DNA from: Octopus vulgaris
Lineage: Eukaryota
Reading direction: 5' to 3'
NCBI GenBank assembly: GCA_951406725.2
Contig: OX597823.1
Location: 124,001 to 188,000 of the forward strand
Length of the DNA stretch: 64,000 bases
The first letter of the stretch is position 1, and every line of letters begins with the position of its first letter. Below the pieces are notes generated by a model. It was not told the DNA's origin, ran no database searches, and saw only the letters and a program-made list of their open reading frames with translations. Shown here piece after piece: positions 62,601-64,000 of this stretch. Made by a program: the position numbers and the translations under genes.

Positions 62601-62942
62601 GGAGAGGAATTGATAAAGTAAATACATTTTAAGCTTAAAAATTTGGGGTTTATTTCAATTAAAAGTGTGTTTGGAGCCAGGCCTTTAAATGCAGTTGCCT
62701 GTCACTGCCATTCTCTCTGTTGTTTTATTCTTCCCTGCAAGCGTCACCGACAGGAGACTCTTTGCCTTCTATTATAAGTAAGATATCTACACATGTGAAT
62801 GAATAGAGCTATAAAAGTTAATGAAAGCGTAAATTTAATAAGGATCAAATGAGCTCACCTGCCAAAAGTCAGCACATGTGTTAGGTAATGGACCTTGAGC
62901 GGCAATATATCGATTGATGATGCCAGATCCGGGAATTTCCAT
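18679..62942 (-). CDS. PTPN4: Non-receptor protein tyrosine phosphatase, PTPN3/PTPN4 (PTP-MEG) type; 5'-partial spliced CDS on - strand, exons in transcript order 62859-62942, 61109-61171, 58071-58199, 56875-57023, 54746-54881, 51321-51366, 18679-18716; 214 aa plus stop
   Basis: Seven exons splice in frame (645 nt): YIAAQGP, DFWQMVWEQ, VMLT, KCHQYWP, WPDHGVP (WPD loop), [11 protein letters not shown] (P-loop), [18 protein letters not shown] (Q loop). MEIPxSxIIN and ITMETAMCL are PTPN4/PTPN3-like. FERM and PDZ exons should lie beyond position 64000. Confidence 0.93.
18965..19656. repeat. Compound purine/pyrimidine-alternating minisatellite: GTATGTATGTAC(AC)n(AT)nGT(AT)n, unit about 45-55 bp
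   Basis: Higher-order repeat directly visible over ~690 bp. Confidence 0.93.
19880..20460 (+). CDS. CR1 ORF2 N-terminal AP endonuclease domain, frameshifted near 20430-20441
   Basis: [29 protein letters not shown] and MGDFN APE motifs. Confidence 0.88.
20461..22896 (+). CDS. CR1 ORF2 remainder: end of APE plus reverse transcriptase
   Basis: PTR...LDLIFSN...[54 protein letters not shown]; 811 uninterrupted codons. Confidence 0.93.
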   Translation: MESLLDFMDDFFLSQLVLEPTRCHKNVLDLIFSNHTDTIHNIAVEKTLLSDHDMVLCDLRFHWPKCKTNVIPPVHPFDTMDFHNANWEAINNDLAQVDWSFTHTYTPTNIKKSWQSLVDTITNICARHTPLRSANKSKCRIPRNRKSLIRKIKRINKKINMLKYCQQQHTNLTAISSLEIKKHKLQNNMMSIINSQRRAEEAWAIEKIKLNPKVFFSFAKKHRVTGSTVGPLIDENGILQDNAKTMGEILQKQYCSVFNNPDMTDLGCISDVTPQYTLSDITFGAPDVLAAIKEMKHNSAVGPDRFPACVLKMCQNQLAPPLANLWRNSLDAGYIPEDLLSQSVVPVFKKGNKSLAVNYRPISLTSHIIKVFERVLRSRMTHFLESHNMLNPNQHGFRNGRDCLTQLLHHFDDILRALGEGSNTDVIYLDFSKAFDRVDHKILLRKLSNIGVTGKLLQWIKCFLSNRTQHVVVEGVKSSPAKVSSGVPQGTVLGPLLFIIYINDITDTIKHSNIRTFADDSKLQKVINGVDDRINLQSDLLAVVQWAEKNNMLLNEDKFELIHFGREDALKLPYSLPSGEILMASNNIRDLGVTVDNNISWATHISSKVDMARRMCSWILRTFQSRDSHAIILLFSTFARPHLEYCCPLWSPYTKQNIMRIEAPQRSIAKKIDGMSDLDYWGRLEKLKLYSLQRRRERYIICMMWKIFHQHCPNDVGITFKMHPRLGPRAIRPQQKSKSHHITTIRHNYFTSIGPALFNITPGHVKKETDHTKFKKSLDKFLQTVPDKPSTPGYVSANNNSLLEWALVPKS
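23400..23745 (+). mobile_element. Second decayed Tc1/mariner transposase fragment, related to 5161-5929
   Basis: [22 protein letters not shown] at about 23655-23730 matches the FW..SP.CNP.DYY.WG motif. Confidence 0.6.
23890..24228 (+). mobile_element. Penelope-type pseudo-LTR fragments (partial tandem duplicate) with a minimal hammerhead
   Basis: TCCTGAGCGTCCAATAACACT...CATGTTTGGATTAACT occurs twice (near 23917 and 24157), each copy followed by (TA)n. Confidence 0.65.
24103..24137 (+). ncRNA. Minimal type I hammerhead ribozyme motif, Penelope type
   Basis: ATTT-CTGACGA-A-GAG ctccc CTC-GAA-ACGT-T-AAAT: stem I ATTT/AAAT, palindromic stem III ACGT. Confidence 0.62.
25270..26690. repeat. 22-bp minisatellite CTCTTTGATCTCTGTCGGCACC: about 50 direct copies, then about 12 inverted copies
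   Basis: Direct array 25270-26400; orientation flips at about 26400-26425 to GGTGCCGACAGAGATCAAAGAG. Copy numbers estimated from length. Confidence 0.95.
26781..27161 (-). mobile_element. tRNA-derived SINE, family A (internally deleted)
   Basis: Same head and tail as 3484-3876. Confidence 0.87.
28409..28520. repeat. Compound trinucleotide microsatellite (AAT/AAC/GAT)n
   Basis: Directly visible. Confidence 0.9.
28988..29390 (-). mobile_element. tRNA-derived SINE, family A (5' end clipped)
   Basis: Close match to 3484-3876; CpGs retained. Confidence 0.87.
29965..30457. repeat. AT-rich compound micro/minisatellite (TATATTTATATATG and TATG variants)
   Basis: Directly visible. Confidence 0.92.
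30458..30746 (-). mobile_element. tRNA-derived SINE, family B (OR-like)
   Basis: Reverse complement of 30885-31187, with a short deletion in the head. Confidence 0.88.
30885..31187 (+). mobile_element. tRNA-derived SINE, family B (OR-like), full length
   Basis: GGAGGCGCAATGGCCCAGTGGTTAGGGCAGCGGACTCGC (A box) ... GGTTTCGATTCCC (B box), ending GGTCACGTGATA. Confidence 0.88.
31258..31566 (-). mobile_element. RTE-family 3' end fragment
   Basis: (CAT)nCGTTTAACGTCCG...GATGCCCTTCCTAACGCCAACCAC. Confidence 0.82.
31588..32412 (+). mobile_element. 5'-truncated RTE/BovB-like LINE fragment
   Basis: YLGS...[50 protein letters not shown], then a C-terminal Cys/His remnant. Confidence 0.87.
32432..33318 (+). 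mobile_element. 5'-truncated RTE LINE, same family as 6457-7449
   Basis: High visible similarity to 6530-7440; decayed ORF. Confidence 0.88.
34543..34642. other. Assembly gap (100 N, placeholder size)
   Basis: Run of exactly 100 n. Confidence 0.99.
37796..38900 (-). mobile_element. Decayed RTE LINE fragment
   Basis: (CAT)n tail at 37796; CAACCTATTCTTATTCTAGCAGC block shared with the 9900 and 39750 copies. Confidence 0.78.
38982..39960 (-). mobile_element. Decayed RTE LINE fragment
   Basis: On -: RIRIGWAKF...[19 protein letters not shown]. Confidence 0.8.
41187..41224 (-). ncRNA. Type I hammerhead motif (minus strand)
   Basis: On -: CTGT-CTGATGA-ATG gtca TGT-GAA-AC tctag GT-A-ACAG; intact core, stem II weakened to wobble pairs. 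Confidence 0.65.
41457..41492 (+). ncRNA. Type I hammerhead motif (plus strand)
   Basis: TGT-CTGATGA-ATA atca TGT-GAA-ACTC t GAGT-A-ACA; intact core. Confidence 0.65.
43600..43990 (+). mobile_element. Highly decayed CR1-like LINE 3' fragment
   Basis: [11 protein letters not shown] and [20 protein letters not shown] resemble the CR1 C-terminal pattern (GPxLFN) at 22560-22750. Confidence 0.4.
44762..45065 (-). mobile_element. tRNA-derived SINE, family A (older, CpG-decayed)
   Basis: TACTTGTTTCAGTCATTTGACTGC...GGACTGAACCCAGAACCATGTGG. Confidence 0.8.
46461..46540. repeat. 40-bp tandem duplication with one mismatch
   Basis: AAGTGGTTTGTAGTGTTTAGGGATATCCAT(A/C)AAGGACCTA x2. Confidence 0.9.
48190..50545 (-). 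mobile_element. Decayed R4/Dong-type (restriction-like endonuclease) non-LTR element, interrupted by an RTE insertion
   Basis: On -: [12 protein letters not shown]...HW...KMLWN...PDIIV.DK...TKITDIAI (RLE domain, 48400-48700). RT remnants at 49690-50545 include [26 protein letters not shown] and YLGI. Confidence 0.75.
48800..49680 (+). mobile_element. RTE LINE fragment nested inside the R4/Dong relic
   Basis: [17 protein letters not shown]...RIRLSWEKF...KGRLFDACV plus the family 3' UTR. Confidence 0.8.
50563..50603. repeat. (TTA)n microsatellite
   Basis: Directly visible. Confidence 0.9.
51321..51366 (-). CDS. PTPN4: PTPN4-like exon: [15 protein letters not shown]
   Basis: Long pyrimidine tract then ttgtag acceptor; gtgagt donor; matches human SQYRFVCEAILKVYE. 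Confidence 0.94.
51699..53262. mobile_element. Non-autonomous pogo/Tigger-like DNA transposon, about 1.56 kb, with TIRs
   Basis: Left TA|CCGTAAAAACCCATGTAATTTATGCAC; right GTGTGCAAATTACATGGGTTTTTATGG. Subterminal GTG(T/C)AAATTACA-like repeats at 51762, 53163, 53221 and 53238. Confidence 0.72.
54746..54881 (-). CDS. PTPN4: PTPN4-like exon: (S)[45 protein letters not shown]
   Basis: ttctag acceptor, gtaagt donor; completes [10 protein letters not shown]. Confidence 0.96.
55650..56608 (+). mobile_element. 5'-truncated RTE/RTEX-like LINE (RT C-terminal half), (GAT)n tail
   Basis: [51 protein letters not shown]; one frameshift near 55865. Confidence 0.88.
56875..57023 (-). CDS. PTPN4: PTPN4-like exon, WPD loop: [49 protein letters not shown]
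   Basis: ttgtag acceptor, gtaggt donor; WPDHGVP and the catalytic HC. Confidence 0.96.
58071..58199 (-). CDS. PTPN4: PTPN4-like exon: [43 protein letters not shown], followed by a GC donor
   Basis: ttgcag acceptor; AG|gcaagt donor gives 129 nt, in frame with the next exon. Confidence 0.92.
59563..59937 (-). mobile_element. tRNA-derived SINE, family A (old copy)
   Basis: TTTACTTGCTTCAGTCATTGGGCTGTGGCC...AGAAGACACTTGCCCAA. Confidence 0.72.
61109..61171 (-). CDS. PTPN4: PTPN4-like exon: [21 protein letters not shown]
   Basis: tttcag acceptor, gtaagt donor; 63 nt. Confidence 0.95.
61280..62149 (+). mobile_element. 5'-truncated RTE LINE, family of 6457-7449
   Basis: MLHSSETWA...[12 protein letters not shown]...RGRPRKAW plus repeated 3' UTR and (GAT)n. 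Confidence 0.87.
62859..62942 (-). CDS. PTPN4: PTPN4-like exon: [28 protein letters not shown]
   Basis: cttcag acceptor and gtgagc donor on -; 84 nt. Confidence 0.95.
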
Positions 62943-64000
62943 CTGAAGGAAAGAAGATGAATGTAGAGTTGCAATAGTTTTTAACATAGAAAATCATTTA
63001 AATATTGCGTGTGATCTCTATAAGACTTGTATCAGCTGAATCTACAAGATGATGAGCTTTTGGTTGAAGAGGTATGAATTAGTATTCTGTTATTGGCACA
63101 GAGCACTGCCTTGGCTCGAGCACTAACATGTTCACTAGTTTGGGAGTCTACAATGTAAAGATTGGGTCCCCTTACATCACAAAGGGATAGTGGGTTACTA
63201 ACATTTCAAACTAGATGCATATAACCCTAATAATGCCCTACAGAAAGCTATGAACACATACATTTTCAATTTATCTTTACTAAAAACTACACTTCATGTC
63301 TTCTATTTTATCTTTCAAAACACGAACAGCATTTCAATGAGATTCTTCTGTAGTGTTCTTCCGTTAAAACTCATTTCATTGCTACGATAAGTCAGTCTAA
63401 GTTTATAAATGAGTTGTTATGGCACTTCTAAATTATCTCAAGTCGGTTGCTGTTACATTGCAAAAGATTTTAGAAGACTGTTTTGTTCGGATGTTGAGGT
63501 TTTACTGAATACAACAAATTACCAGCTGTAGCTATAACCACCGAACGTTGTGGTCATAGTAACCCAGGTTTGAAACCTAATCATAACAGAACACAAGCCA
63601 ATGTGGACGTCTCTATGCAGTAAGAAATATCAGTCATATTTTCTGTAAATCACACCCTAATGTCTTAACAAAATGAAGGAGACATCGCATATGGTGTCCT
63701 GGATGTGTTGATAAAATAGCTGTGGGATGGTCACAGCTACAACATCTTTGATCACAAGTTTGTTGGGCAGAGCTGGATTAAACAACAACTAGTCATCAGT
63801 TATTTCAAAAGTGTCAGCAACAGAAAAGAAAGGTACTGTTGTGTTTTGAACAGACACCATGTTAATTATCATTGGAATAGATGACAAGGAAGGTCAACTT
63901 CACCGTACTCAACACTAAATGCTAATTGATATATTTAAATGTTAATGTTCAGTTTTGTGATTGACAGTGTCAAGATTAAATATCCCTCTCTATTGTATTG

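Overview
Eukaryotic, AT-rich, microsatellite-laden genomic DNA. The tRNA-derived SINE and RTE families look like those of Octopus (inference from recognition, not from a search). Two spliced host genes lie tail-to-tail. On +, the last 8 coding exons (4957-15246) encode the whole catalytic domain of a DNMT3 de novo DNA methyltransferase. On -, the last 7 coding exons (62942-18679) encode the PTP domain of a PTPN3/PTPN4 (PTP-MEG) phosphatase, with one GC-AG intron and a ~32.6 kb last intron that spans an assembly gap. The introns hold a Penelope-like GIY-YIG element, a near-intact CR1-type LINE, RTE and R4/Dong fragments, Tc1/mariner and pogo-like relics, many SINEs and a 22-bp foldback minisatellite. 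Top findings: (1) the DNMT3 carries His (codon CAC) at the position of human DNMT3A R882, the R882H leukaemia hotspot, one A-to-I edit from Arg (CGC); (2) four hammerhead-ribozyme motifs, two of them forming an inverted pair in one ~380-bp palindrome; (3) several long intronic dsRNA-forming structures. Most long ORFs in the supplied track are microsatellite artefacts. All alignments were done by eye against remembered human sequences.
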